A stretch of DNA of 64,000 nucleotides, taken from Candidatus Aminicenantes bacterium (GTDB taxonomy: Bacteria; Acidobacteriota; Aminicenantia; Aminicenantales; Aminicenantaceae). This document shows positions 40,001 to 49,207 of this stretch, piece by piece. The translations under genes were made by a program, and so were the position numbers. Each line of letters starts with the position of its first letter. Position 1 is the first letter of the stretch. The stretch lies in NCBI GenBank assembly GCA_016783445.1, contig JADHWO010000004.1, forward strand, positions 11,212 through 75,211, read 5' to 3'. The notes under the pieces were generated by a model, which worked only from the letters and a program-made list of their open reading frames with translations, was not told where the DNA came from and did no database searches.

Positions 40001-40331
40001 CTTCAAAAAGAACAAACTGGGAACTCTTATCGGGACTAGAACCTGGGGAGGACTTGTCGGATTGTCAGGCAATCCGGCCCTGGCTGATGGAGGTTATACT
40101 GCAGTTCCTACATTTGGTTTTATAAACACAGAAGGAAATTGGGCAGTAGAAGGAGTTGGAGTCTATCCGGATATAGAAGTGTATGACCGGCCAGAGCTTG
40201 TGGCCAAAGGAGAAGATCCATGTATAAAAAAAGCTGTCGAAGTCCTTCTTGAAGAGCTTAAAAAGAATCCTCCGAAAAAAATAAAAAAGCCCGAAGATCC
40301 TGACCGCTCGAAGCGGATAAAGAAAAAGTAA
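37065..40331 (+). CDS. Tricorn protease homolog (beta-propeller domains plus PDZ plus S41 C-terminal peptidase), secreted
   Basis: 1088 aa; signal peptide; repeated WSPD propeller motifs; charged KE-rich linker; C-terminal region with tricorn/S41 hallmarks (HVPNTSVEGN, IDERYNGGG, SASGGDAF). Confidence 0.8.
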   Translation: MRKTTLLIFLCLGIVTSNFAIDDARLLRFPDINKDLIVFVYAGDIWSVQAAGGAAKKLTSHEGMELFPKISPDSRWIAFSAEYSGSRQVFIMPITGGIPTQLTYYNDVGMMPPRGGFDYQVLDWTPDSQKILVRANRTPYGQRRGKYFLVSIDGGFETPLQIPEGGGGTFSSDGKKITYTPIGREFRTWKRYQGGMAQDIWTYDLEKAVSKRLTTFPGTDQHPMWYKDKIYFVSDRDLTLNIYSYDLATEKIEKITGHSEYDVLWPSGENGLVVYENGGYIYKLNIHTNENQRIQVNINYDSPYVMPYFKNVKENITSFDISPSGKRAVFETRGDIFTVPAKEGITYNLTDTQGVREIFPAWSPDGQFLTYYSDKTGEYEIYLMDRSKDNAVTQLTEGSEIWRYPLVWSPDNSKVLFSDRNQDLQILDIKTKNITYVDKARRFDITDYDWSPDSKWVVYTKYSDNTQDAVWAYSLDKGKTFQLTNDMFIDFSPVFSTCGKYIFFLSDRSFNLNFSSFEFDYIFRESTNIYAVPLTEAVPPLFKDKNDQEEVKKEKAEKETNSKKEAKKTSKTEEEKAPSVRINFEGINERIVSFPLKPGDYRNLTAVEGGVLYVKDGELHMFKIEDKKDSVIIKGISGGALSANRKKILYRARQKYGIIDLKPDQKVGAGELNLSDLTMKIEPLKEWKQLFNDGWRIYRDWFYVKNLHGVDWQKMKVKYGQLVPYLSHRADLDFIFGELVGELNTGHCYINWGDFPRVKRVEGGLLGAELKVDEKSLRYIISKIYKGENWNERTRSPLTEQGINVKEGDYLISLNGQNITTKDNPYKFLENTVGKRIPIVVNSKPVEKGAREFLIKPIQSELNLFYMDWVNSRREMVDKLSKGKIGYFHVPNTSVEGNRELFKGFYAFRNKDALIIDERYNGGGFIPDVMTELLTRKILSYWGRRGLIPSQTPGAAHEGPKVMLINHYSASGGDAFPYYFKKNKLGTLIGTRTWGGLVGLSGNPALADGGYTAVPTFGFINTEGNWAVEGVGVYPDIEVYDRPELVAKGEDPCIKKAVEVLLEELKKNPPKKIKKPEDPDRSKRIKKK

Positions 40332-40446
40332 CCAGCGACTCATAAATAAGATAACTTACATGGATAATCGCCAAAGGCCAGGGTAAAACGTAGATAAGTT
40401 ACTGTTCTTAAATTAAGCTGAAAGAGAAAATTCCAAGGAAAGTCTT

Positions 40447-41439
40447 TTACATTTCCACATTGAAGCCAAGGTCTAGGCTTTTTGCGCGGCGCAGTACGAG
40501 CTCGGCAACAGCCACATCCTGAACAGCCAATCCCACTGATTTGAAGAACGTTGATTCTCCTTCTGACTCACGACCCGGAATTTTTCCTGCTGCCACCTCT
40601 CCAATTTCTCCGTAAATATGCTGCTCTGAAATAAGTCCTCCTTCTATAGAAATAATCAAATCTCCTGCTTCAGCAAGACTTGCCTCACGAGAATCCACAA
40701 CTACCTTGGAGCGAACTACAGTCCGGGCAGGAATTTCCTGCATTTCCGGTGTATAAGAGCCGATACCATTTATATGAACACCTGGTTTGAGGTCTTCATC
40801 ATTAAACACAGGTTTACTAGAGGTCGTAGCTGCACAAATAACATCAGCCTCACAGACAGCCTGTTTTGGTGTTTTTGCTATAAAAATATTTTCAGGAATT
40901 GGGTTGCCTCGAGTTTTCATCTCTTTAACATAAGCCAGTGCGGTTTTTAGCTCCACATCATAGACCCAAACCTCTTCTATAGGTCTAACCGTACAAATTG
41001 CTTCTAACTGAGTTCGGGATTGAGTCCCTGCTCCAAAAATAGCTGCTACCCGGGAATCCTGGCGCGACAAAAGATCCGTTGCAACACCAGATGCAGCTCC
41101 TGTACGTAGCGCTGTAAGATATGTTCCATCCATAATAGACAGTGGTCGACCGGTTTCTGTTTCCACTACAATCACAACAGCATGAATTGTAGGCAGTCTT
41201 TTACTCTGATTATTGGGAAAAATCGAGACAATTTTAGCTCCCATTGCCTCACTTTCAGCTAAATAGGCGGGCATAAAAAGGGTCACTCCGCTTTGCTTCT
41301 TCACCTGAATCTGCGTCCTTAACGGCACGTCTGCTTTGCCACTTGAAAGCTGTATAAACGCTTTTTTTACAGTTTTTATGGCTTCGGCCATATTTACAGC
41401 TTGAGCCACATCATTTCTGGATAGTATTTTTAGTCTCAT
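40447..41439 (-). CDS. Ornithine cyclodeaminase / mu-crystallin family enzyme (possible ketimine or delta1-pyrroline-2-carboxylate reductase)
   Basis: 330 aa; OCD/mu-crystallin Rossmann fold (IFGAGTQSR). Confidence 0.75.
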   Translation of the reverse strand: MRLKILSRNDVAQAVNMAEAIKTVKKAFIQLSSGKADVPLRTQIQVKKQSGVTLFMPAYLAESEAMGAKIVSIFPNNQSKRLPTIHAVVIVVETETGRPLSIMDGTYLTALRTGAASGVATDLLSRQDSRVAAIFGAGTQSRTQLEAICTVRPIEEVWVYDVELKTALAYVKEMKTRGNPIPENIFIAKTPKQAVCEADVICAATTSSKPVFNDEDLKPGVHINGIGSYTPEMQEIPARTVVRSKVVVDSREASLAEAGDLIISIEGGLISEQHIYGEIGEVAAGKIPGRESEGESTFFKSVGLAVQDVAVAELVLRRAKSLDLGFNVEM

Positions 41440-41443
41440 TGGC

Positions 41444-42598
41444 TTACACCACCCTTTTTTCTCCTTTATGTTTTATGTCTCTTTGCCTTCTAAAAGTAAA
41501 CGGTTTTAAATCAAAATCAGTACGACCATCAAGGATGAGCTCAGAAAGGATAATACCTACTGCAGGCCCTTGTTGAAAACCATGACCCGAAAAACCAATA
41601 GCACAAAAGAATCCATCGAAACCAGGAATCGCTCCAATAAACGGATTTCCATCAGGAGTGATTGAGTATAGTCCTCCCCAACCTCGAAGGATTTCAGCTT
41701 TTTCCAGGATAGAGGCCCGGTGAATTGCAGCCTCAATAACTTCCTCCAGGAACTCTCGGTCCACATGGAGATTAAAGCTTGAAGGCTCATTTTGGTCACT
41801 CATGCCCATAAGAAGACCCGGATCTTCACCCCGGAAGTAAAATGTAACATCCTGGTCAATAATCATTGGTACAGGCTTTGGAATCACATCAAAGGATTTT
41901 GTCATAAAGACTTGGCGGCGGTAGGGTTTTACTGGAATGTTTATTCCAGCCATCCCTGCAACTTCACTTCCCCAGGGCCCGGCTACATTAACGACAATAG
42001 ACGAAGAGATGGCCCCCTTACTTGTCTCAACTCCTTGAACTCTGCCGTTTTTTATCTTGATGCCGGTCACCTCTGTTTTTTCTTCAATCCGGACACCAAG
42101 CTTCCTGGCACAATTAGCAAATCCCATCGCAACAAGATAAGGATCTGCATAGCCATCTTCTGGACCAAGAGTTCCACCTTTTAAATCTTCAACATTTAAG
42201 TAAGGCCATCGGTGTTTGATCTCCTTTGGGGATAGCACCTCCACAGGAACGCCATACTGGCGCTGTGTTTCAACATCGGATAAAAAATTTCTCCAGGTCT
42301 CTTCCTTCTGGGCAAGAAAAAGATAGCCTACCTGGCGGAAGTTTATATCAACACCAAATTCCTCTTTAAAATGCTCAAACAGCTGTACAGACTTTTGTAC
42401 CAAACGAATATTCGCAGGATGAGAGAATTGCTGGCGAATACCCCCAACACTCAATCCCGTTGAAGCCTGGGCCAAAAGCTCTTTTTCCAGGATAACGACA
42501 TCCGAGACACCACTTTTAGCCAGATAATAAGCTGTGCATACTCCCATTATGCCGCCGCCGATGATGGCTACCTCGGCTGTATTTTTCCAGTCTATCAT
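41444..42598 (-). CDS. FAD-dependent oxidoreductase of the D-amino-acid oxidase / sarcosine oxidase beta (DAO) family
   Basis: 384 aa; N-terminal VAIIGGGIMGVCTAYYLAK FAD-binding motif; DAO-family length and layout. Confidence 0.75.
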   Translation of the reverse strand: MIDWKNTAEVAIIGGGIMGVCTAYYLAKSGVSDVVILEKELLAQASTGLSVGGIRQQFSHPANIRLVQKSVQLFEHFKEEFGVDINFRQVGYLFLAQKEETWRNFLSDVETQRQYGVPVEVLSPKEIKHRWPYLNVEDLKGGTLGPEDGYADPYLVAMGFANCARKLGVRIEEKTEVTGIKIKNGRVQGVETSKGAISSSIVVNVAGPWGSEVAGMAGINIPVKPYRRQVFMTKSFDVIPKPVPMIIDQDVTFYFRGEDPGLLMGMSDQNEPSSFNLHVDREFLEEVIEAAIHRASILEKAEILRGWGGLYSITPDGNPFIGAIPGFDGFFCAIGFSGHGFQQGPAVGIILSELILDGRTDFDLKPFTFRRQRDIKHKGEKRVV

Positions 42599-42656
42599 CT
42601 TAAATATAATTCACAAGCCGTTCTCGAACAGCCTGTATTGATCCCAGCTTTTTCGA

Positions 42657-44918
42657 TTACGTTTTTGAGCGGACCATGAGGACAGAGGCAGAAGCCTGAT
42701 TGGCTACCTTGTCAGGAATTGAACCAAAAAGCCACCGTCGGAGTATCCACTCCTCTGATGCACCCATTACAATAAGATCATGCTCTCCAGAGATACGGAC
42801 AATTGCCCGGGCAATATCTGTATCAATAACAACACATATATCAGCCGGAACTCCAGCCTCGGTGAGTCTATCACGGACAAAGTCTTCGGCTTCCCCTTGA
42901 AAGAGCCGGATGCTTTCCCTGTCAAAATCAGAGCTGGCAGCTGATGGACCCCGTCCAACCTGCACATTTAATGCTGTGATTGAAGCCTTCCACTCAGAAG
43001 CTAAATCATTGGCCAGCTGAAGTCCAAGCCGCGCATGCGAACCTCCACTGATAGGAACCAGAATGCGTCGGACATTCTGTAAACCTCGATCTTTAAGAAC
43101 CAGTACATTTCCCTTTGCAATCTTCAGCACGCCTGCAACACAGGTCCGTTGGGTTCTGAGCATACGAACTTCACCCCGCCAGCCCATTACAATAAGGTCA
43201 GGCTGCTCCACATCAGCTATGCTGAGGATAGCCGAGGTAACACTGTGAGCCACTATAGCAGTGGCTCGAGCTTTAACTCCTTTTTCGGAGGCATGATAGG
43301 ATGCGGTATCCAGAAGTGTTTTCTTCTCCCATCGCCTTTTCTCATATTCTATCCGCCCCGCTTCAAGAGGTGTTTGTGCCGGGACATTCACAACGTGAAT
43401 CAATTGAAGATGAGCTCTGCGTTTTTTAGCCAATGCAGTGCTCAGCATCAGCAACGAATGCTCGGTATCCGGATTAGCCAAAGGAACAAGAATCACCGGA
43501 AGCTCTTCGCGACGTGAGACAAGGTATTCCTTAGCTCTTACTACAAGAGGTTTAACAACTTTTTTTTGCCATAATATATTCGAGGCACCAACCAGTTGTG
43601 TTCCTTTACGTAAGAAAATTATATACCAGAGAAAACTCGCAGCAATAATCATATATCCAATGATCAGAGAAACTCGACTTGTATTAACGATGACAAAAAT
43701 GCATCCCAGCAATCCCAAAACCGGAACAAGCGGATATCCAGGGGTCCGAAAACTGGGTTTATACCAATCCAGCTTAGCGTATCTCATAATCATACATGCT
43801 AAAGTTATAAGGGAATAGAGTACAAGGCTCAGGAAACCGGCGACTTCAGCCAGAAGCTCAAGATGACCCCCGAGAAACACCAGTACAAGCATGGTCAGGC
43901 CACCGGTCACTGCGATCGACCGGTAAGGTGTCCTGAAGCGGGAGTGAATCCGATTGAGCCAGTCAGGCATGAGCTGGTCTCTACCCATGGCAAAAGAAAT
44001 TCTCGACGCTGCCATTACACTGGCATTTGCTGAAGATACTGTAGCCAGAATACCCCCGACAAGCACCAGAATATACCCTCCTCTGCCCATGAGATTCCTG
44101 GCAAGATCCATAAGCACAGTTTCATTGGCCATACTCGGATCGTTGTACTGCCTTAATCCCAGCATACAAAACACAACAGCACAATAGACAATAGTTACAA
44201 TCACAACAGAACCAACCAGAGCAAGAGGGAGATTTCTGTCTGGATTTCGGATTTCTTCAGAAATGGCAGAAATTTCAGCAAATCCCATAAAAGTGATGAA
44301 GAGAATCGGCAGGGTTATCAGCACACCAGAGAATCCAATCTCTGGAGGAATAAAGGGAGTTAATCTTTCAGGCTCTACAGAGAATAGTGCCCGTACAACA
44401 AATACCATCAGCACAAATAAAAGCATCGCGACAATAACGGTTTGAGTACGCCCTGTTTCTCTCGCTCCAATAAAGTTAAGCAGGCCGAGCAACGCTGTTA
44501 CAACAAGGGCAATCATAACAGGTGAAACACCTAAAGCATCACTCACATAGTGACCGAATCCAATCATATAGAAGGCGGATGCGAATATAAGGCTCAGCCA
44601 TAAAGCCCAGCCCATAATTGTGCCAATCAAAGGCCCAAATGCTCGGACCATGAATAAGTAGCCACCCCCAGCATAAGGCATTCCTGTGGACAACTCGGCC
44701 ATACAGAGAGCAACCAAGACTGAAACAAAGCCGCAGATGATAAATGATAATAATACGGCTGGTCCTGCTTTGCCTGCGACTATTCCAGGCAAAACAAATA
44801 TGCCTGCCCCGATCATCGTACCAACACCAACAGACAATGCCGCGCCAAAACCCAGGTCGCGAGCAAGCTTTATTTTAGAGTTCTCACTCGAGTTTCCGGC
44901 TTTACTGTTTTTCTTCAT
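42657..44918 (-). CDS. APC-superfamily amino-acid permease fused to two C-terminal universal stress protein (UspA) domains
   Basis: 753 aa; about 12 TM N-terminal region (GAGIFVLPG); C-terminal roughly 280 aa with two USP-like alpha/beta units (...LIVMGWRGE... and ...LIVMGASEE...). Confidence 0.75.
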   Translation of the reverse strand: MKKNSKAGNSSENSKIKLARDLGFGAALSVGVGTMIGAGIFVLPGIVAGKAGPAVLLSFIICGFVSVLVALCMAELSTGMPYAGGGYLFMVRAFGPLIGTIMGWALWLSLIFASAFYMIGFGHYVSDALGVSPVMIALVVTALLGLLNFIGARETGRTQTVIVAMLLFVLMVFVVRALFSVEPERLTPFIPPEIGFSGVLITLPILFITFMGFAEISAISEEIRNPDRNLPLALVGSVVIVTIVYCAVVFCMLGLRQYNDPSMANETVLMDLARNLMGRGGYILVLVGGILATVSSANASVMAASRISFAMGRDQLMPDWLNRIHSRFRTPYRSIAVTGGLTMLVLVFLGGHLELLAEVAGFLSLVLYSLITLACMIMRYAKLDWYKPSFRTPGYPLVPVLGLLGCIFVIVNTSRVSLIIGYMIIAASFLWYIIFLRKGTQLVGASNILWQKKVVKPLVVRAKEYLVSRREELPVILVPLANPDTEHSLLMLSTALAKKRRAHLQLIHVVNVPAQTPLEAGRIEYEKRRWEKKTLLDTASYHASEKGVKARATAIVAHSVTSAILSIADVEQPDLIVMGWRGEVRMLRTQRTCVAGVLKIAKGNVLVLKDRGLQNVRRILVPISGGSHARLGLQLANDLASEWKASITALNVQVGRGPSAASSDFDRESIRLFQGEAEDFVRDRLTEAGVPADICVVIDTDIARAIVRISGEHDLIVMGASEEWILRRWLFGSIPDKVANQASASVLMVRSKT

Positions 44919-45064
44919 GATAATAATTTTTGTTATCTATAAACTGCCCAACTCGTGAATTATTCAGGTTAATTAATCTGATTTATTATACATTTACGAA
45001 AAGATAAATTAACTCCTCGATATTTATCTGCAAGTGCAGAGTTACAACATCACTGAGTTTTTTA

Positions 45065-48000
45065 TTACCTGATTCTTATAGGGTAAGGAGGTCGCTTTAA
45101 TTTTATAGGTGGATTCTTCTTGAGCTCTTCCATAATAACTTCAATAGCCTTTTCCAGTTGAGGATCTCGTCCGGCAATCACATCAGCAGGCCACTGTTCA
45201 ACTTCAATATCCGGAGGAACTCCTACATTCTCAACGACCCAACCATTCTCTGTCCATATAGCCAGGTTTGGAGCAGAGACATAGCCGCCATCCATCAGGA
45301 TTGGAAATCCAAGGGTTCCTACCAGGCCGCCCCACGTTCTTTTTCCGATCAGTTTGCCAAGCTTGAATTTCCGGAACATCCAGGGAAGCAGATCACCTCC
45401 GGAACCGGCTGTCTCATCAATAAGCATAACCTTAGGACCTTGAATGGATGCACCTGGCGTTTTAAGATCAGCCCCATAACGCATGTGCCAGTAGCAGGTT
45501 AAAGGACGCCGCAAAATATCTATATAGTAGTCTGCAACTGAGCCGCCACCGTTAAACCTCTCATCAACAATGATGGCATCTTTGTTCACCTGGGGAAAGA
45601 AATACCGTTTGAAATAGGTGTGTCCCGTTGTTGTTGTATTTGGCACATAAACATAAGCCACCCGGCCATTTGTAGCCTTATCAACTTTTTTGAGGTTCCC
45701 CTCCACCCAGTCACGATTCCGTAGAGAGCTCTCGTCGCGAACAGGGACAACAAATACAGTACGTGAGCCTGCGCTGTTTGGATCCGGACCAACAGTTATT
45801 TCAATAAGTTTTCCCGCAGAATTTTCAAATAAACTGAAAATATTCTGCGGGGGGCGAAGTTCCTTCCCGCGTACAGCCAGGAGATATTCTCCCTTTTTAA
45901 CATCTACGCCTGGCTCAGTTAAGGGAGAACGAAGCTGGGGATTCCAGTTGAGACCGCCATAGACCTTTTTAAACCTGTAGCGGCCATTTTCTATAGAATA
46001 ATCGGCACCGAGCAAACCTCCGGGAACCTGTTTGGACAACGCAGGTGTGTCTCCACCTCCTACTCGATGGTGCCCTACAGCCAGTTCACTACACATCCAT
46101 TGAATCACCCGGTTGAGGTCTCCACGAGTTGCAACATGAGGAAGGAACACAGCGTATTTCTTTTGCATGGCCTCCCAGTCTGCACCGTGCATGTTTGTAG
46201 CATAGAAAAAATCGCGGTTAATTCGCCAGGCTTCATAAAAAATCTGTTGCCATTCAGCCCTTGGGTCTATACGTACTTCAATGGCATTAGTGTCGATCTT
46301 TCCCTGACCGGGCTTTATCTTTCCGGCTGCAGGTGCAATTCCCAGGGAATCACTGGAAATGTAGAGTATCTTTTTCTTATCGGCTGAAATTTCATACCCA
46401 TTAACTCCTGATAAAACAACTTCATCTTTACGTTTATTGAGGTCGTACATATGCAGCTTGGTTTCCCTTGCATAGGGTCCCCGGCTTCCCGAAGGTGCTT
46501 CAAGATAATAGAATTCTCCTGCCTTGCCGGCCTGAAGACTAAAATAGGCGCCAGCAGAAAGAGATAGAGCAAGTATTCGCTGATTGAGGCCATCAAAGTC
46601 TACAGAGAAAGCCTTTTCCGGCTTTGCTTTTTTCTTTTCAGGCTCTATCTTCTTTTCAGGTTTTTCTTTCTTTATCATCCCCTCTTCCTCGTCACTCTCC
46701 TTGGTAAGAGGTGATGGAACGTCCTTTTGCAGCACAGCAAGATAAATGGAACGTGTCATGCGCGTATCAGCATTTGACATGGCAAACCACTGTTTGACCG
46801 GCCCGGCATCAGTGGATGCAAAAAAGTAGAGATATTTACCGCTCTCATCAAAAGCAGGATCGCTGACATCACTCAGGCCATCTGTAACCACATAGGATTT
46901 ATCTTTTTCAAGAGAGTAGAGATAAACCTTCGAGATATAAGCTGCGGTATTCAGCGTGTAAACAATCCATTTGGAATCAGGGGACCAGGTAGACGTGATC
47001 GTCTTTGCACGTCTTGGCCCGAAGAGGTATTCAGACCCGATTTTCTTCGAGATCCCTGTTTTTAAATCTATCCAGTAGAGAGTCCAGGAGTTATCTGCAA
47101 AAGAAATTTTCTGGCTGTCTGGCGACCAGACCGGGGTGTCATAAAATCCAGTGCCTGTCAGCTTGAACTTTTTCACATCTCCCTTGCCGTCCTGGGTACT
47201 AACATGGAGCTCGTATTCACCAGACTCGTCTGAAAAGTAAGCAATGTTTTTTCCGTCAGGTGACCAGACTGGACTCCGTTCATGAGTGCCTGTTGTGTTT
47301 GTCAGGTTCCGGGGGTCTCCTTTTTCAGCCGGAACCGTGATTATCTCCCCACGAAATCCTAAAACAGCTCTTGCTCCGGAGGGAGAAATCGAAGCACCCC
47401 TTATATAACGGAATCCACTGACATAGCGGGGACGAACCTCAATCAAGTCGGCTGCTACACCAACAGTTAATTTCGTGCTCCGTGCATATGAGGGATTGAA
47501 GATGTGGAGATGCCCAGCCTGTTCGTAGATAATTTTCTCATTACCTGAAGAAGCACTAAGAACAGGAAAATCTTTATGGGAGGTGAGCTGCTTGATTTCT
47601 TTCGATTTTGTATCGAATGAAAAAATATTAAATTCTCCATTTCGATCTGAAAGAAAATATATCTTCTCCCCTATCCACATAGGATCAGTATCATTACAGC
47701 GGCCTTCAGGCTGAGGAATCTTTTCTACTGAGTAATCGCTAAAAGTGATAATCCAAATTGTGGAAACCGTTCCTCCTCGATAATTTTTCCACTGGCGAAA
47801 GCGTTCAGAGAGTGGAGTGTAAGCCATTTTACTGCCGTCAGGTGAGTATGTTGCCTTGTAAGCATTGGGAATTTTTAGGGATGTGGGAAGCCCGCCTTTA
47901 AGAGGCACAGTAAAAAGCTGCGTATACCGCCTTGTAAAAACATAACGGGGAGATATAAACAGCACTGAGGAGCCGTCCGGTGTAAAGCCGCGAACAATAT

Positions 48001-48346
48001 CATATCCCGGATGCCAGGTGAGCCGCCTCGGGACTCCACCATCAACAGGAACGACATAAACATCTGTGTTGCCATCATACTGGGCACTAAAAGCAATAAG
48101 TTTCCCGTCCAGTGAAAAAACAGGATTAGATTCTAAGCCTTGAGCTGTGGTCAAGCGCCGGACTCCTTTCCCATCAATATTAGCCACCCAGAGGTCTCCT
48201 GCATAACCAAAAGCTATATGGGTTTTGCTAATAGCGGGTTGACTTAAAAGTTTGGTATCGTTGATATTGATTTTACCAGCCAGGAAAACAGGCATGGCAA
48301 TTGTAAATACCAACACAAAAAAGATGAGATAAAAACTTCTTTTCAT
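45065..48346 (-). CDS. Second tricorn protease homolog (secreted), paralogous to 37065..40331
   Basis: 1093 aa; same architecture and motifs (WSPD repeats, KE-rich linker, YVPNTTTTGH, VDERFNGGG, TAGSGGDLLP), ends ...PYPIRIR. Confidence 0.8.
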   Translation of the reverse strand: MKRSFYLIFFVLVFTIAMPVFLAGKININDTKLLSQPAISKTHIAFGYAGDLWVANIDGKGVRRLTTAQGLESNPVFSLDGKLIAFSAQYDGNTDVYVVPVDGGVPRRLTWHPGYDIVRGFTPDGSSVLFISPRYVFTRRYTQLFTVPLKGGLPTSLKIPNAYKATYSPDGSKMAYTPLSERFRQWKNYRGGTVSTIWIITFSDYSVEKIPQPEGRCNDTDPMWIGEKIYFLSDRNGEFNIFSFDTKSKEIKQLTSHKDFPVLSASSGNEKIIYEQAGHLHIFNPSYARSTKLTVGVAADLIEVRPRYVSGFRYIRGASISPSGARAVLGFRGEIITVPAEKGDPRNLTNTTGTHERSPVWSPDGKNIAYFSDESGEYELHVSTQDGKGDVKKFKLTGTGFYDTPVWSPDSQKISFADNSWTLYWIDLKTGISKKIGSEYLFGPRRAKTITSTWSPDSKWIVYTLNTAAYISKVYLYSLEKDKSYVVTDGLSDVSDPAFDESGKYLYFFASTDAGPVKQWFAMSNADTRMTRSIYLAVLQKDVPSPLTKESDEEEGMIKKEKPEKKIEPEKKKAKPEKAFSVDFDGLNQRILALSLSAGAYFSLQAGKAGEFYYLEAPSGSRGPYARETKLHMYDLNKRKDEVVLSGVNGYEISADKKKILYISSDSLGIAPAAGKIKPGQGKIDTNAIEVRIDPRAEWQQIFYEAWRINRDFFYATNMHGADWEAMQKKYAVFLPHVATRGDLNRVIQWMCSELAVGHHRVGGGDTPALSKQVPGGLLGADYSIENGRYRFKKVYGGLNWNPQLRSPLTEPGVDVKKGEYLLAVRGKELRPPQNIFSLFENSAGKLIEITVGPDPNSAGSRTVFVVPVRDESSLRNRDWVEGNLKKVDKATNGRVAYVYVPNTTTTGHTYFKRYFFPQVNKDAIIVDERFNGGGSVADYYIDILRRPLTCYWHMRYGADLKTPGASIQGPKVMLIDETAGSGGDLLPWMFRKFKLGKLIGKRTWGGLVGTLGFPILMDGGYVSAPNLAIWTENGWVVENVGVPPDIEVEQWPADVIAGRDPQLEKAIEVIMEELKKNPPIKLKRPPYPIRIR

Positions 48347-48698
48347 AACAACCTCCTAATTTATAAATAAAGTGCAAAAAGAATAGCTTAATACATAATA
48401 TTTATAAAATGCAAAAAAAACTACTTCTTCGGAAGCATCTCTATTTCCGTGATAAAGAAACAGTCAGGCAAACTGATTTGATTGTTGAATATCATAAAAT
48501 CCCCTTCATTGTTCTTTTAAATAATGAATTTTAATATACAGAGTTTACTTAGGAATAACAACAATTTTTCTTTTTCTGGACTCTTGAGTTTGGTTATTAT
48601 AGAATTATTTTCCGTGCCAGGATGGGAAGGTAAAAGAAAAAGAGCTGTCACGTTATAATTATTGTTTTTTCATTAATCCTTTAAAAGGAGAGCTTAAG

Positions 48699-49163
48699 AT
48701 GAAAAGAAGAAACGCTCTGCTCACCTTAAGCTGTTTGGCCTTAGCAGGTCCAAATCTGTTTTCTTGTAAAAGAAGGAGTAAACAAATGAAAAAAGAAATC
48801 AAAACAGATAAAGCTCCAAAGGCAATCGGCCCCTATTCACAGGCTATAATGGCTAATGGTCTTATCTTTGCTTCAGGTCAAATCGCGATTAATCCCTCTA
48901 CAGGAGAGCTAATCGCAGGAACTATTGAAGAAGAGACCCGGCTTGTGTTGAATAATCTCAAAGCAGTTCTTGAAGCCGCAGGAAGTTCCTTCGATAAAGT
49001 CATTAAATGCACGGTATTTCTCCAGAACATGGATGACTTCAGCCGTATGAATGCAGTGTACGGCGAATTCTTCAAACCTCCATATCCTGCCCGTGCAGCC
49101 GTTCAAGTAGCCCGCTTGCCCAAAGATGTCAAAGTAGAAATTGAAGCGATTGCTATACAATAA
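48699..49163 (+). CDS. RidA/YjgF-family enamine-imine deaminase with an N-terminal signal or lipoprotein-like peptide
   Basis: 154 aa; strong SD (AAAGGAGAG) before the first Met; residues about 40-154 match the RidA fold (KAPKAIGPYSQA..., ...ARAAVQVARLP). N-terminal MKRRNALLTLSCLALAGPNLFSC is signal-peptide-like. Confidence 0.7.
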   Translation: MKRRNALLTLSCLALAGPNLFSCKRRSKQMKKEIKTDKAPKAIGPYSQAIMANGLIFASGQIAINPSTGELIAGTIEEETRLVLNNLKAVLEAAGSSFDKVIKCTVFLQNMDDFSRMNAVYGEFFKPPYPARAAVQVARLPKDVKVEIEAIAIQ

Positions 49164-49207
49164 TCCGGATTGTCCTAAGAGATAAAATGTTTTAAAATAA
49201 CAGTATC

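Noticed and set aside
48347-48698. Long AT-rich intergenic region between the second tricorn gene and ridA scanned for tRNA/ncRNA
   Set aside because: No cloverleaf-compatible arms, T-loop (GTTCRANYC) or conserved ncRNA motif recognisable by eye. Most parsimoniously a divergent promoter region.
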